Source: Chlorokybus atmophyticus
Lineage: Eukaryota > Plantae > Mesostigma and Chlorokybus algae
DNA length: 64,000 nt
Direction: 5' to 3'
Assembly: GCA_009103225.1 (NCBI GenBank)
Contig: RHPI01000385.1
Coordinates: 743,627-807,626, forward strand
The notes beneath the pieces were generated by a model. It worked only from the letters and a program-made list of their open reading frames with translations, ran no database searches and was not told the DNA's origin. The number at the start of each line of letters is the position of its first letter. Position 1 is the first letter of the stretch. This document shows, in pieces, positions 1-13,127 of the stretch. The translations under genes and the position numbers were made by a program.

Positions 1-1214
1 TGACCGACCTGGTCAGCAGACCACCTAGACGGTGTGCGATCGCTGCAGCTTCCTCAGGCGGCCGGCCTGGTCGCGATCCAGGTGAGCATATGGGAGGCAT
101 TTCAAGCGCGACAGCTGCCAGTAGCACAGCTTGTTAGCAGTCTCCCCAGTCATCTGGTGGACATGCCATGACAGCTTTCCAGAACAAACGCAATGCAAGA
201 CGTCCGCGCAAAGCAATACGTGTATGTCTCCCTGCGTGCATGAGAATGTGCATTTGCGCTTGCATGCGTACATGCGTGCCATTGCAACAAAGTGTGCTGC
301 TACAGTTACACATGCTTGCCTATGCGTCCGCAGTCTGGAGTGTCCGCTGGCGGAACAAAAACTTCTAACTTGATGCCCGCCAGCACTGACTGAAAAGCAG
401 TATGTTACTCGGTAAACATAATACTTGGGCAGGGCAGCTAATAGTACGTGTGCTCAGTGTTGATATGAAAGCGAGCAAAGCAGAGAGCATACGCACGTAC
501 CGTGTTGCCAATCTTGACCAACGCAGAGCCATCGGCAGTTGACACTGTCCCTAAATAATGCGCCATCGACAGCGTGAGCATGTCAACTGACGGAATGCAC
601 ATGTGAGTTGTCCCAAGTGCTGCTTGCTTGCAATGAGTCTGTTGAAATGCAACCAGGGTGGAGTAGATTATCCTCCCTTGCGCAATGCAATTGTAAAGTC
701 ACCTATGCACGCATTGCTGACGACTCAAACTACTGGCAAAGCAAAGCAGAAGGTAAGCTATACAAAAATTAGTGATTCCTGTGTGCTTGAATTCCAGCAG
801 CTAACTGCGATGTGACGACGTTCGATCTTTGACTTAGCACTGAAATGACTGCATTGCACCTCTAAGATTGCTCAACAAGGGCAAAGCTGAACCAGCTGAA
901 CTTCTGCCTGTGTTTTGCAAATAGTTAATCGTTCCAATCAACAGCGACTGCATGTCCAGTAGCTGTTGCCAAAGCATTCAAGCGTTGGCTGCAGACGGTG
1001 TCTTCTACAAATCAATTGCAAATGCTGCTGCATGTACAACGCCGAGCAAATGGTGTGACAATGATTAGCAAATGCTGGACATGCCTAGTGCAAGAGAGGT
1101 TGGGCGGGCTTTGTGCAACGGCCTGCCGTCCGGTCTGACCCCAGCCTCCTGCACGAACCGGCTGTACCACTCCTCCGGGTAAACCCTCCTGTAAGCCTCG
1201 CCCACCAGCGCCAT
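1..1214 (-). CDS. RRP43: Exosome complex component RRP43 (RNase PH family), 5' part; gene runs off the window start. Exons 1214-1085, 550-501, 389-320, 114-<1
   Basis: Spliced translation MALVGEAYRRVYPEEWYSRFVQEAGVRPDGRPLHKARPTSLAL-GTVSTADGSALVKIGNT-SVLAGIKLEVFVPPADTPDCGRI-AVALEMPPICSPGSRPGRPPEEA matches the RRP43/EXOSC8 N-terminus (RPDGR, GSALVKIGNT, LPPLCS-type motifs). Introns 1 and 3 need GC donors to keep frame. Confidence 0.9.
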
Positions 1215-1811
1215 GCCGGCCGCCGCCGTAGCTAAGCTGAATACTTTGCCAGTGTAGCGTAGTGGAATTGAGTGGAATATCGCTAACGTGTGCAAGCGGC
1301 GGCGGTAGCGGTGGCAACAAGCAGCAGCTAGGTGGACGTGTGCGCCAGCATGCAGCAGCTGCTGTATGCTTCAGCAAGTTGCGGTACACCTGTAAGGTCC
1401 GCTTTCTTTGGGGTTGCGCCCGCCCAGCGGCCTGGGCGACGGTGCAAGCACAGCTGCTCGGAGCTTAGCGTGCGCAAGGCTGCGGTGAGGTGCTGTGCCC
1501 GGCTGTGCCCTGCATGCCATGAGAAACTTCCACTGGTGTTACTGACAAAAGTAACCACAATTCTTCTTGTGCACGTGCGTATGCTTAACCTTGCTCATTC
1601 TTGCGCCATGCTACGCTGAGCATGTTTGCAACCTTGTGTGGGTTGGTGCATACCAGCATGCGGCGTGCACATCCTTGCCTGATGTGAGTTTGGGTAGCTC
1701 AAGATTACGCCAAGCAGTGTTGTTGGAGCAGTCTTGTTGGAGTGCCCACAGGAGATTTACATGCTCGGCTTGGTGCCGTGCAGGGCTGTGGCGCAAGCAG
1801 GTGGCAGCAGC

Positions 1812-4226
1812 ATGAGGGTGGCTGTGCTGGGCGCTGGTGTCATCGGCGCCGCCACTGCTTACTTTTTGTCCGAGAAGGGCGCTGAGGTCATTGTAATAGA
1901 GAGGCACCAAGTTGCTTGTGCTGCGTCCGGAAAGGTGAGCTAGCTTGGCATATCNNNNNNNNNNNNNNNNNNNNNNNNNNNNNNNNNNNNNNNNNNNNNN
2001 NNNNNNNNNNNNNNNNNNNNNNNNNNNNNNNNNNNNNNNNNNNNNNNNNNNGGTCAGTGTCGTCGGGGATGGCCCCCCCCCCCACCTACCTGCCCATATG
2101 ATTGCCCTCGCCAATCACACGCACACATGCGGGCGTGCATGCACATGCGGGTACACACGCGCACGTGCATGAGCACACAAATATACACACGCGCGCGGTC
2201 ACGCATACAAACAGTGTCTAATCCTGTCACAATCTCGGTGTACAATAAATGGAGTCTCACACACGAATGCTGCCTGATATTTCAGGCAGGTGGTTTTCTG
2301 GCCAAGGATTGGTGCGACGGAAGTCCGGTGGGCCCACTTGCACGAGCAAGCTTTGATTTGCATGCTGAGGCAAGTATGCATTCCATATGTGGTATGATTG
2401 TGGTATAGGCTTCCGACCAGTCATTGACTTGTGTTGTGTATAGCAGCTGCCCCCACCCCCCGTTGCGCACAATTATGAACACAAAATATGTTGCGTGCCA
2501 TGCAGCGTCATCTGTGAGTTTGCTTGCCTTGCCTCCGATGCTAATTGTTTTTGCCTCCGCAGCTTGCTGAGACGCTTGGGGAGGACTATGGCTACCGCAA
2601 AGTAACGACTTACAGTGTGGCAGTCGTAGAAGGAGCTCAAGCAAAAGGTACCCGCTGTGTGATGTACTGCGTTCATTTTTATTGTTGAGTTATGTTTGAC
2701 TGCAAAGGTTGTTATAACACACTAGTGCTGCAAGGTCTCAGTATCTATCGCGCTTTTGCATAGCTCGTCGCTCAGTCCCTCAGTCATTGCAGTATGCAGG
2801 TAGGAGCAAATCAGCTGCACCCAGTTGGGTTGATGGTCCGGTACAGAAATCAAACACAATCGGGACTGAAACCAACACTGCGCAGGTAAGTTTCTCGCTT
2901 TGGCCGCAGTGATGATATTAGTGCACAGCTCGCAGTTATTGGCTTTGGGCCGTTGAATACTGTGGGCTCAGTGCGCACTGTGCATCAGGCGTATTGTTGC
3001 CATGAGTACAGTTGCATACATGCTTGTTAACCTTGAACCCATTGTTTAGGTTCATCCAGAGCTGTTTACTAAAGCCCTGATAAGGCGTGCTGAACAAAAT
3101 GGTGCAACGGTACGCATAGGCGAGGTCAAGGAGTTGAGACTGGGGACGGGAATCGAAGGGGCACAGAAGCTTACTGGCGTAGTGGTAGATGACGACATTA
3201 TTGAAGTCGATGCCGCTGTTGTGGCCATGGGCCCTTGGTCGTCACGGCTGGTAAGTGATATCAAGCAAGCTTTGAAGGCTGAAGTGTTTGTTTGCGATGC
3301 ACCTGCTTGGAGTGCGCCACGTGTCTACCTATGAGCGCATGACACATTGCAAACAGCACAAGACTACACGAATGACCACTGAACACTCGTGCTTACCGCT
3401 TGGCTGTGGGCAGGTCTCAGATATTTGCCAGATAACTGGCCTCAAGGCTCACAGCATAGTGCTAGCTCCTAAGGACTCGGGGTCCATCGGCTCGCACGCG
3501 CTATTCTTAGCGTACGGCACCAAGGAGGGGCAGGAGTTGGAGCCAGAAATATATCCGCGGCCCAACGGTCAGGTGTACGTGTGCGGCATGTCTGAGGAAG
3601 TGCCAGTGCCAGAAGACCCCGCCCAGGTAGTTGTGTATTCATGGAGCAACATGCCAATGATAAATACAGCTTGTTAGGGCAAGTTGCAATGAATCTCAAT
3701 GAATGCACACACATTTGACAGTGCTATCCTTGCAAGTTGATGACACTGCTTCAACAGGTTGCTGTGTGTGCATCACGGGCTACTGTACCGGCATGTATAC
3801 TGACTAACTTGCAGGTGCTGCCAACCAAAGGCAAGTGCGAGAAGCTTCAGCAAATCGCAAGTGTTGTCTCCAGCGAGTTGGGCGTTGCTGAAGTGGAGCG
3901 GCAGCAGGCATGCTTCTTACCAATATCAGAGGATGGAGTTCCGCTCATCGGCGCTGTGCCTGGGTTGGAAGGCACGGCGATTAGCTTTTCTGAAACCTTA
4001 CTGGCATGCAGGCCAGCCAAGGCAGAAGCTTGCCTCTGATATTGCGCTTACCTTCGCAGGGGTGTACGTTGGCACGGGGCATTCTTGTTGGGGCATCTTG
4101 AACGGTCCGGCAACAGGAAAGTCGTTGGCGGAGCTCATTGTGGATGGGAAGTCCTCTACTGTCAATCTCAAAGCGTTTGACCCGGCTCGCTTCACACGGC
4201 GGTTTGCAACACCGTTTGCACATTGA
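1812..4226 (+). CDS. FAD-dependent oxidoreductase, DAO/glycine-oxidase family (TDA3-like). Exons 1812-1934, 2286-2369, 2563-2647, 2800-2885, 3050-3250, 3414-3626, 3815-3971, 4060-4226
   Basis: N-terminal Rossmann motif VAVLGAGVIG...VIERHQVACAASGK-AGGFLAKDW. Internal TAQ-VHP and VVAMGPWS motifs; C-terminal GHSCWGILNGPATG. All eight exons join in frame, two via GC donors. Confidence 0.9.
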
Positions 4227-4645
4227 GGTTATGCAATAGCCGTGACACTGGAGGTGCTGTAGATAGGTTGTTGTAGCACTGTTTGTTGACCTTCTCAACA
4301 ATGACAATATGTGCAGATATGTTTCACATGCATGTATCTAGACTCCGTCAGCGCAGCATGGATTGCAACTCAATTTCAATTCAGTTTTGAAAGTCCTCAT
4401 GTTGCAGATTGAGACAGGTACACGAGCGTCTGTGGTGTGACATCGAAGTATTTCAACCAACCAGTTTGCTGCCAACATGGTCAGATATTGCAACAAGCAC
4501 TCCGCTTGTTTGTGTGTCGTCATTTATCTAACTGTAAAAGCATAACTTGTGTGCTTATATATGCCAGAGAGAAGGCTCTGTCTCCAGGTCAGTGCTGCTG
4601 AGTTGCGTATGTGCAATGTGCAGCATACTATGGGTGTGAGCACTA

Positions 4646-6949
4646 TCACTGTGGCCATTGCACGCTAATGGGGCACGCAGACCATTGTTGTCCTTTGTCA
4701 TCAGCAAAGCAGTTGGGGAAAGTCGCCCGGCAGCGACCTGCCTCCTTGAAGGCGATATCGCCAGCCACACCTGAGAACGAAGACGGGGTGTAGTAGGAGG
4801 AAAGGCTGAGCACGACAGGCGCCTCCGCCAGCAGCACCTACACGTGCGCGCAGCAAGTGTTTGTGTGCTTCCAACGCCCATGAACATGACAGCGGAAGGT
4901 GCACGCATTATGTGCGCAGGAGCAGAGAACATCAGGTGCGCATGCTCACCAGATCCATAAAGGCGGCACGCATTGTGCCAGGCCCGCCATGACTGTCATC
5001 AATGTGTCGCGCAGACTTTGCATCTCGCCTCAACCACACAATGTTGGCTGCAAACAAGCATTAGTAGTCAGCAAGTAACTTTGATGCGCTGACAACATGT
5101 TTAGGTTGCAAGTCAAGTCTTACCTGGCGAGAGAGTTGCAAGCACCCTATGTCTAATGACATCCATATCCGCGGCAAGGAAGATCACAGTGTCGGATGGG
5201 TTACCATCTGGTGCAGCAGCGAGGTCCCGCCTTACACGAGTGACGCAGTCTAGAAACACCTCAAGGCGTGTGCGTGTGCTGGTCGTGTCTGCACCGGTAT
5301 GCGTGTATGTGGTGTTGGTGATCAGTTGCACGCCATAGGTGCCACCCACTCTTATGTGCGCAGCCATGAGCGGCCCCTTTGCCCGATGCTCGTCCACCGC
5401 TGATATTGTCGACGGGTTCATCTTGAAAAGGAAGTGGAACGCACACCCGACACTGTTGCTCAACACCTGAAACACATGTGGGTAATGTGCACGCAGGCAC
5501 AGATGTATACACGCTCACACATGCAATCACAGCCAACCATTCCCATCCCACCTCATCAGGTATTGCGCCCTTGTCTCTTTGCGTCCACAGGCTGTTGACC
5601 TCAAGCCCCTTCTCAAAGATGTCATAAGCAGCGCGCACAACCACGACGGGATGATTAAGCAACCCTGCCACATCCCCGCTCTCAAGGAACCGCCAAAGCA
5701 CGTCGGTGTGGTTGCGCCAACCCCATTGCACGTACTTTCGCGGTAGCGCCTATTGAGGCACGCTGATGTCAATGCTTTGGTGTGTGTGTGGGTGTGCTTG
5801 TGCTTGTGCACTCTTCGTGCATGTGTGCATGTACTAGAATTGTTGGGGAGTTCAGGTTGAAGTCCCACTGAATGCCGTTGGATTGAAGGTAATGTGTCAG
5901 CGGCTCGGGGTGAGCCCAGTCGATGAGCAGTGCGCGTGAAGTGAGGACAGACAGCCACAGAAGGCCTACGAAGAAAACCAGCACTCTTCACGTGCTATGC
6001 CATTCCTGTCACTGTGCATACTGACCACTTACCTGCAATGGCCTGCAGGCGATTACCGAGCCCAGCGCAATGGTCAACCAAGTTAGTTTCCGCCTTGTTG
6101 CACGAGTACACAAGAAACTTTGGCTCCCTCCTGCCCGCAAGTATGTCTGACCAGCAATTGTTGCAGTCATTGCTTTCCCACATTTCCAACACAGCAAAGC
6201 ATACATACATAGACTCCAAAGCATTGGATGCTTGTTCAGTGTATACCTGCATGCAAGTTGCTGTAAGCTTCTTGCCATGAAGTCCCGCACCGAGTCAGCC
6301 ATGTTTCATGCAGATTGCGCTTGGGACCCAGTTTGGACTGTGTTGTTGGGTTGGGTGCTGGAGTGGAAGCAGTCTCTGTTTCAGTAAGCAGCCTCTCATG
6401 CATAGGATCCTCTGCTGTTAGTTCTTCTTGCTTGCGGGGATCAGACTTGTTGTCATTGTATGTGTGGGCAAGAGCCAGGCCCCTGAGCATGGCGACGGCG
6501 TTGCTGAGATCGTTGTGGTTGCCGGCGTTGTTGTGGTCGTGTGCAATTGTGCGCTCACAGACTGATCGCACCGTTGCAGTGAACCAAGTGGACATCCTTT
6601 CTTCATCGCAGCTCACCACGCCGTCATGGAGGGAGCTCAGGCTGCCTGCTGGGAGAGTAGCGTGCACAACACCAGTAGAGAAGGTTGTGTTGCTGCCGTT
6701 GTTATTGCTGGTGCGGTTGTACAGGAGGAGGAGGCTGATGACCACCAGAGACACCAGCATTGCAAGCATGGCGCACATGCGCAGTGAAGCAGCCATCGCC
6801 AGCTTGGGTCTGATGGTGTTGCTCAGGCTCATGCTCATACTCAACAGGCCATGCCTGGATGCCCAGAGGGTGAGAAGCAAGCAGTGTAGCGAAAAGAACA
6901 ACATTGTGAAACACATGGTCACCAAGACAAGCGCCATGCCTGTGGGCAT
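4646..6949 (-). CDS. Fucosyltransferase-like GT-B glycosyltransferase, type II membrane protein, multi-exon; start codon uncertain
   Basis: Hydrophobic anchor (LVSLVVISLLLLY) and stem, then [30 protein letters not shown]...CAGLGNRLQAIA-GLLWLSVLTSRALLIDW, AAHIRVGG, IFLAAD, RHID and MDL-VLLAEA...SSFS. These resemble the conserved alpha-2/alpha-6/O-fucosyltransferase motifs I-III. Confidence 0.72.
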
Positions 6950-9514
6950 CCCTGTGTGCAGTTGTAATTACAACTGCACACAGGGATGCATGTAGGCTGA
7001 ACACAGGCAGCCAAGTTGTGACCAACTGCGCTTGACGACTACTGCTTCCGAGGGTACACGAGGACATCGTGTGGGTACGAGACGGGAGTCGGAACCATCG
7101 ACACAGCGGCGTGGGGTCGCGACCGGCGGGCTTCTTCGGGGAACGAGCCGCGCGGCCGGCGCGCCGTCGGCCTGGCTGACCGCGGCGGCGCAGGGCGGAC
7201 CTCGCGCCGACGGGCCTTGCGCCGCAACTTTGCGCCGACCAACTGCAATTGAGTACATGTAAGTACACATATACCGCAGAGACCCGTACATTACAACCCA
7301 ATTAATGTTGTTGGCTTGGGTGGTAATTGTATTACTGTATTACAGACCTTCTTGATAGTAACATCAATGCATTGGTTTTTACGGTCATCATAGCAAAAGG
7401 TTGAAATGAGAAATAATCAGCAAAAGTGAATATGGGTTGTAATGTACGCATCCCTACAATAAACGCACGAGAAGCAAAGCATAAGAATAGGCAAGGACTA
7501 TCATAGGCATTGGCATAGCAAGCACGGCAAGCGACAACAATGCACAATGCCAAGGGCTGATGCAAGCTTGTAACAACTTAATGCGTGGACAATTAGACTT
7601 GCAAGCACCACCGACATATATAGTAGAGGCAAGCAGTGGCAGCGAAGCATGCAGCGACCAAAGCTTGCGTGATCCCCCACCTATCATACATAGGCTGACC
7701 AACGTGACAATCACACATGCCATAATGCATGTGCAATGCCGTTTCGCATTGCATGTACATAGCAACATCAGTTTGTTTGGGGTTCGTAATTGGTTGTGTC
7801 TTAGTTGGAGTTGTTCTATGTGAAGTTTGCTCCAACTCTACCTTGGCTCCCATTACAAATGAGTGCAACGTGAGGTGTGTTTGCTTACTTTGCATTGGGC
7901 CTCTCTCCGCTTAAATGGTTTATCTGCAACTTACTGATTTGACACTCAATTCCATCAAATTGACGGNNNNNNNNNNNNNNNNNNNNNNNNNNNNNNNNNN
8001 NNNNNNNNNNNNNNNNNNNNNNNNNNNNNNNNNNNNNNNNNNNNNNNNNNNNNNNNNNNNNNNNNNNNNNNNNNNNNNNNNNNNNNNNNNNNNNNNNNNN
8101 NNNNNNNNNNNNNNNNNNNNNNNNNNNNNNNNNNNNNNNNNNNNNNNNNNNNNNNNNNNNNNNNNNNNNNNNNNNNNNNNNNNNNNNNNNNNNNNNNNNN
8201 NNNNNNNNNNNNNNNNNNNNNNNNNNNNNNNNNNNNNNNNNNNNNNNNNNNNNNNNNNNNNNNNNNNNNNNNNNNNNNNNNNNNNNNNNNNNNNNNNNNN
8301 NNNNNNNNNNNNNNNNNNNNNNNNNNNNNNNNNNNNNNNNNNNNNNNNNNNNNNNNNNNNNNNNNNNNNNNNNNNNNNNNNNNNNNNNNNNNNNNNNNNN
8401 NNNNNNNNNNNNNNNNNNNNNNNNNNNNNNNNNNNNNNNNNNNNNNNNNNNNNNNNNNNNNNNNNNNNNNNNNNNNNNNNNNNNNNNNNNNNNNNNNNNN
8501 NNNNNNNNNNNNNNNNNNNNNNNNNNNNNNNNNNNNNNNNNNNNNNNNNNNNNNNNNNNNNNNNNNNNNNNNNNNNNNNNNNNNNNNNNNNNNNNNNNNN
8601 NNNNNNNNNNNNNNNNNNNNNNNNNNNNNNNNNNNNNNNNNNNNNNNNNNNNNNNNNNNNNNNNNNNNNNNNNNNNNNNNNNNNNNNNNNNNNNNNNNNN
8701 NNNNNNNNNNNNNNNNNNNNNNNNNNNNNNNNNNNNNNNNNNNNNNNNNNNNNNNNNNNNNNNNNNNNNNNNNNNNNNNNNNNNNNNNNNNNNNNNNNNN
8801 NNNNNNNNNNNNNNNNNNNNNNNNNNNNNNNNNNNNNNNNNNNNNNNNNNNNNNNNNNNNNNNNNNNNNNNNNNNNNNNNNNNNNNNNNNNNNNNNNNNN
8901 NNNNNNNNNNNNNNNNNNNNNNNNNNNNNNNNNNNNNNNNNNNNNNNNNNNNNACTTTGCTCTTTACGCGACTTCTGCTGTTGTTATTGCTATTGCTAAC
9001 AAACTGTGGCTTGCGCCCTCCGCTATGTACGCACGGTGACTGTTGTCCATCAAAGTGCGTGTGGTTGGGATGCAGGTGTAGATGTGGGAAATTACGAACG
9101 CACTTAATGGCATATAACCAAACGTATATCCAAACTAGCTGTACCACCACCATAGCCTGCAGAAGCTTCTAGGACCAGCACACTTGCGTACAGGTAAAGA
9201 TTTTGTCCATAAAGAAAGCGCAAAACCGTTGTGCCCATTACATGCACAACATTGGTACATCAATGTTCGCACAATCATCACGTGAATACCACGTGCTTGA
9301 CCGCAGCAGGGACACAGTCGACAAGACTGGACAATGCCAACATGGACAACATGTACTCAACTGCATTATGCCATGGTCATCCAAAATACATCACAGAGAT
9401 TGACGTAATGTGTTGCAAACTGCACTGAATTCAATCACAATAAACTCTCATATAGGACAGGCACAAAACTATACGGGTTCAGTGTAAATAGGCAACAGCA
9501 GCTATAATAGTTGG

Positions 9515-12500
9515 CTACACATTGGAGCGCTGGAAGGCTGTGTCCTGCTTCAACTGTTGAAGTACAACAGACTCAACACGTTTCCTCAGTGCTGCAGTAG
9601 GCAGCTTCTCCACAACCTGTACGAAGGCGGCGTAGATTACAGTTCAACATCATTCACGGACATAGCATGACCAGCCACTGAAACAGTGCCAATTTACCTC
9701 AGCACCAAAAGAAAACACCAAGGCAGAGCGAGCGGTCTCGGCATCAATGCCTCTTGACAAGAAGTAGAATACTTCCTCATCATCAAGGTCGCTGATGGCT
9801 GCTCCGTGTGTGCACTTCACATCATCTGCAATAATCTGGACACAGCAAGTGCATGTTAGCAGATTTGCAAATCAAGTTAACTCAACAGCAGTTTGCTGGT
9901 CGCGTACCTGCAGGTTTGGTTTGACATTAACTGTTGCGCGTGGGGCCAACAGCAAATTTCTGCTCAGCTGTCCAGCATCAGTCTGCTGTGCATAGCGGTT
10001 GACCTTCACATTGCCATCAAACACTCCTCTGCCTGTCGAGTCTGTGACAATGCACTTGTGCAGCTGTCGGACTTGTCCTCGGGGATGGTCCAGCTTCACA
10101 CTGCAAAGATGACACATGTCAAGCTCGCCACCTTGACATGTTTCACGAACAGCAACCATGTACTTACCTGGTATGCAAGTCGTGCAGCTGTCCGTGTGAT
10201 GCCAGCAGGAAGCTGTGCAACTGTGTTTGCGTCTCAGGCCCTTGCTGGTCCATACGCAAGTTATGTCTCGAAAGTTTGCCTCCAAGGCCTGCCTCTGTCA
10301 TCTCATACGCGCTGCCCTCAGCTTGACTGACATAGGTAGCCTTGATATGGTACGCCGCACTGCTTTGCTGCTGGACGTAACCGTGGACGACCTGAAATGG
10401 GCGCGTGTCAGGTAGACAATGCATTTGGACAACCTGGTCCTACCAGCACAATAAGCCAAGGTTTCTTCAGACCATGGACAAAGCCATACTGCTATGCAGC
10501 AGATCAAGCTAAAATACCCGCGATTTCTTAGCAAGGACAAACTCAGCCACTGCAGATGTGGCGGAAGGCCCCTCGCCCGCAAACTCTTCAATGATAGTTA
10601 CTTCCGCCTCTTCTTCAACAACTACCAGTAAGCGAGGGCTGCACAACTGCACGCCTGCACAATTGCAGCATCAGTATGTGTGCCCCACACAACTTCAATC
10701 AAGATGCATTGATACTGGCGGAGAGAACCCAATCTCCTGCATACCATCCGCTGCTGACGTCGAGTAGTATACAACATGAATGGGCTGTTCAACTCGAACC
10801 CCAGCTGGTACATGCACCTAACATGAAAGTAGTTGTGATTAGCAACACTGTAGCTACAAAAGCAACCCACAGGCAACTGCTGACATACCATGGTGACATC
10901 CCTGGCTGTGGCTGTATTGACAACCGTAAACGGGTCCGCATCTATGGAGGAGGACAAACTGCCTGCACAAACAGATGGACCTATATTAGCACTGCTGTTT
11001 GCAATAGGTTATTGACAGCTATGTGAACTGGCACGAATTGCAACACAAAAGTGACCAATGTGACTGAGAGACATTCAGTTAGTTTCTCACCCAAGTACGG
11101 TCCTAGGATATTGCGCGACAACTCGTTGGGCTCTGTGGCAGCACTTGCAACACTGACCCCAGCTGGAACCCCGGTGACATTGCTCTGCTCCCGAACAAAA
11201 ACGCCATCGACGACAACCTGCCCAGGCAACACATATTGCCTCCAATAACATGCCGGGGGGTACATCAACAACAGCGGCTGTGACATGCCCAACCATGCAG
11301 TCATATATACCAGGCGTGTTGTGTCTGCCGCAGGAAGGGAGAATCGACTGAAGTCAATGGAAGAAGAACACGCAAGAGTGTCAGCTGCGGCTGGTGTGGG
11401 AAGCATTCTCTCAGAAAGCAGACCCGATACATCGGTGAAGCGATATGCCTCATCTTTACTGCACAACAGAGCTGCAGTTGATGCAAGCTGACCAGATGGA
11501 CTCATGATAACTATCTTATGTGCGGTGTCCACTAGCATTGATTGCACTGTTCAAAGCAATGGATCAGATTCAAGTTAGGACGTTCTCTGCATCAGCGTAA
11601 GCTGTCAGAAACACGGACCAATCACTTTGTCTCATCTTATCCATGATTGCCATGACAGCAAAGTTAACGCTTCAGTCACACACAAACACAACGGCCAATA
11701 GATCAGCAAGCTGACTAATACCAGATGGACTCATGACAACTATCCTATGTGCGGTGTCCACTAGCATTGAGTGCACTGTTCAAAGCAATGGATCAGATTA
11801 AATTGAGGACGTTCTCTGCATCAGCGTAAGCTGTCAGAAACACGGACCAATCACTTTGTCTCATCTTATCCATGGTTGAGATGACAGCAAAGTTGATGCT
11901 TCAGTCGCATACAAACACAACAGCCAATGGATCAGCAAGCTAACTTCGACTTCGTCTGCATCAGCTATCGCTGAATCAGAAACACGGACCAATCGAGTTG
12001 TCTCATCACCTCCAATGGCACTACGACAACCATGGCTCTCCTTGCTGGTATGCATGCATGCAAACCTGGTTGGCATTCGCACGCGCGACAGGGCTGCTTC
12101 GCCTGCTGTGCGCAGGGACGCCAACTCTGAACTCAACCCGCCTCCAGCCATTGTAGGCATGGCACGAATAACTGCTGCGACCCATTCTTCCGCCTGCAGA
12201 AGCAAGCATGGATACATTGGTGCACGGACGCAGCTTTTACGCAGCTGCCTGCTGCTTTAACAACCATTTCACCGCCATTCAGTTCTATACTCACACTGTA
12301 ACCTATGTGCTTCCTTGGATGGTGCCACGCCGGCAGCTATGAAGGCAGGTGCATGGAGTGGGCCATGACTAAGCATGCAGCGCAAAGAACGGTGCGCCAT
12401 GAGCGAACTGTGCATGTAATCTAGTTCCATCAATGCGAAAATACCACCGGTAATGTGATGAACAAGCATACAGGAACGCATGAAGTAATCCTAGCGGGCA

Positions 12501-12836
12501 CACAGGCAGCAATTGACAACCATCACTGCGCTTGCCATAAGGCTGTAGCTCCAACGCTTGCTTACTTGCCTTTGACAGCGAGGCAGAGGGCGCATCAGCC
12601 TCACGAATGTCTGGAGCAGCTTCTGCAGCAGCCGCAGCAGCCGCCCTGACGCCTGCACGTCTGCTGCAGCGCCGGCCCTCAACACGCGCTGACCTCGCCG
12701 GCGGAAGGCCTGCCGCAGCCTGCACAGGTCGGCTCAGAGCGGTGGCTGCGGTGGGAACAGCAACTCCACGACGCCTACCAGCAGCAAGCGCAGGCACGCT
12801 CACGACAGCCACCTCACCCGTCACCGCCGCCGCCAT
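9515..12836 (-). CDS. SUFD: Plastid Fe-S cluster assembly protein SufD, multi-exon, with N-terminal transit peptide
   Basis: Ala/Arg-rich transit peptide, then MPTSKDEAYRFTDV, CSPRLLVVVEEEAEVTIIEEF, HLRWSSSTVT...AYEMTEAGLGGKLSRHNL, LHKCIV...GVFDGNVKVNRYAQQTDAGQLSRNLLLAPRATVNVKPNLQ-IIADDVKCTHGAAISDLDDEEVFYFLSRGID. Stop TAG at 9517-9515. Confidence 0.92.
11483..12008. repeat. Intronic tandem repeat: two ~225-bp units (11483-11705, 11706-11934) plus a partial third unit
   Basis: Units both start GCAAGCTGAC and share long identical stretches (e.g. GACGTTCTCTGCATCAGCGTAAGCTGTCAGAAACACGGACCAATCACTTTGTCTCATCTTATCCATG). They lie inside a SUFD intron. Confidence 0.9.
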
Positions 12837-12885
12837 GCTCGCCGCAACATGCGCAATGCCCTGCCTGCCGACCTGTGCGACCGTC

Positions 12886-12894
12886 AAACCCTAA
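12886..12894 (+). promoter_or_regulatory. Telo-box-like motif (AAACCCTAA) in the short divergent spacer between SUFD and the LON-domain gene
   Basis: Exact plant telo-box sequence between two head-to-head ATGs (12836 minus, 13128 plus). A 9-mer can occur by chance; function is untested. Confidence 0.3.
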
Positions 12895-13127
12895 GCTGGA
12901 CGGCTGCGATCGTGATGTAGCCAATGGCTCTCTCAACGCCGTTGAGGTTCGTGATAAGATGTTGCGGTGGCACAATCCGGATATCGACGACGACTGGATA
13001 TCGATAGGTCCGTGCGAGGTACTACAGCCCAACATGCTGTTTGTGTGCATTGTTGTGTTTACGGCTCAGTGCAACCACATGGGTGAGTCTGTCCAGCTTG
13101 GCAGGGAAGTGGTCAGTGTCGTCGGGG

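Noticed and set aside
2052-2073. 22-nt exact match (GGTCAGTGTCGTCGGGGATGGC) to the LON-N start region 13111-13132, inside an oxidoreductase intron
   Set aside because: It sits directly at an N-gap edge and runs into a poly-C tract; most likely a gap-filling or scaffolding artefact rather than a shared regulatory element.
7885-9153. Long ORFs of 374-422 aa in the track (also 49974-50896 and 1611-2172)
   Set aside because: They consist mostly of X from N-gaps (1955-2051, 7967-8953, 50349-50713) and carry no coding evidence.
11483-12008. CRISPR-like array (also considered for 62183-62240)
   Set aside because: Units are contiguous with no unique spacers, there are no cas genes, and the genome is eukaryotic.
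11946-12018. Extra SUFD exon (AIGGDETTRLVRVSDSAIADADEVE) flanked by AG/GT
   Set aside because: Its end phase (0) does not match the next exon (phase 2), and MPT-SKDEAYRFTD already joins directly as in SufD homologues.
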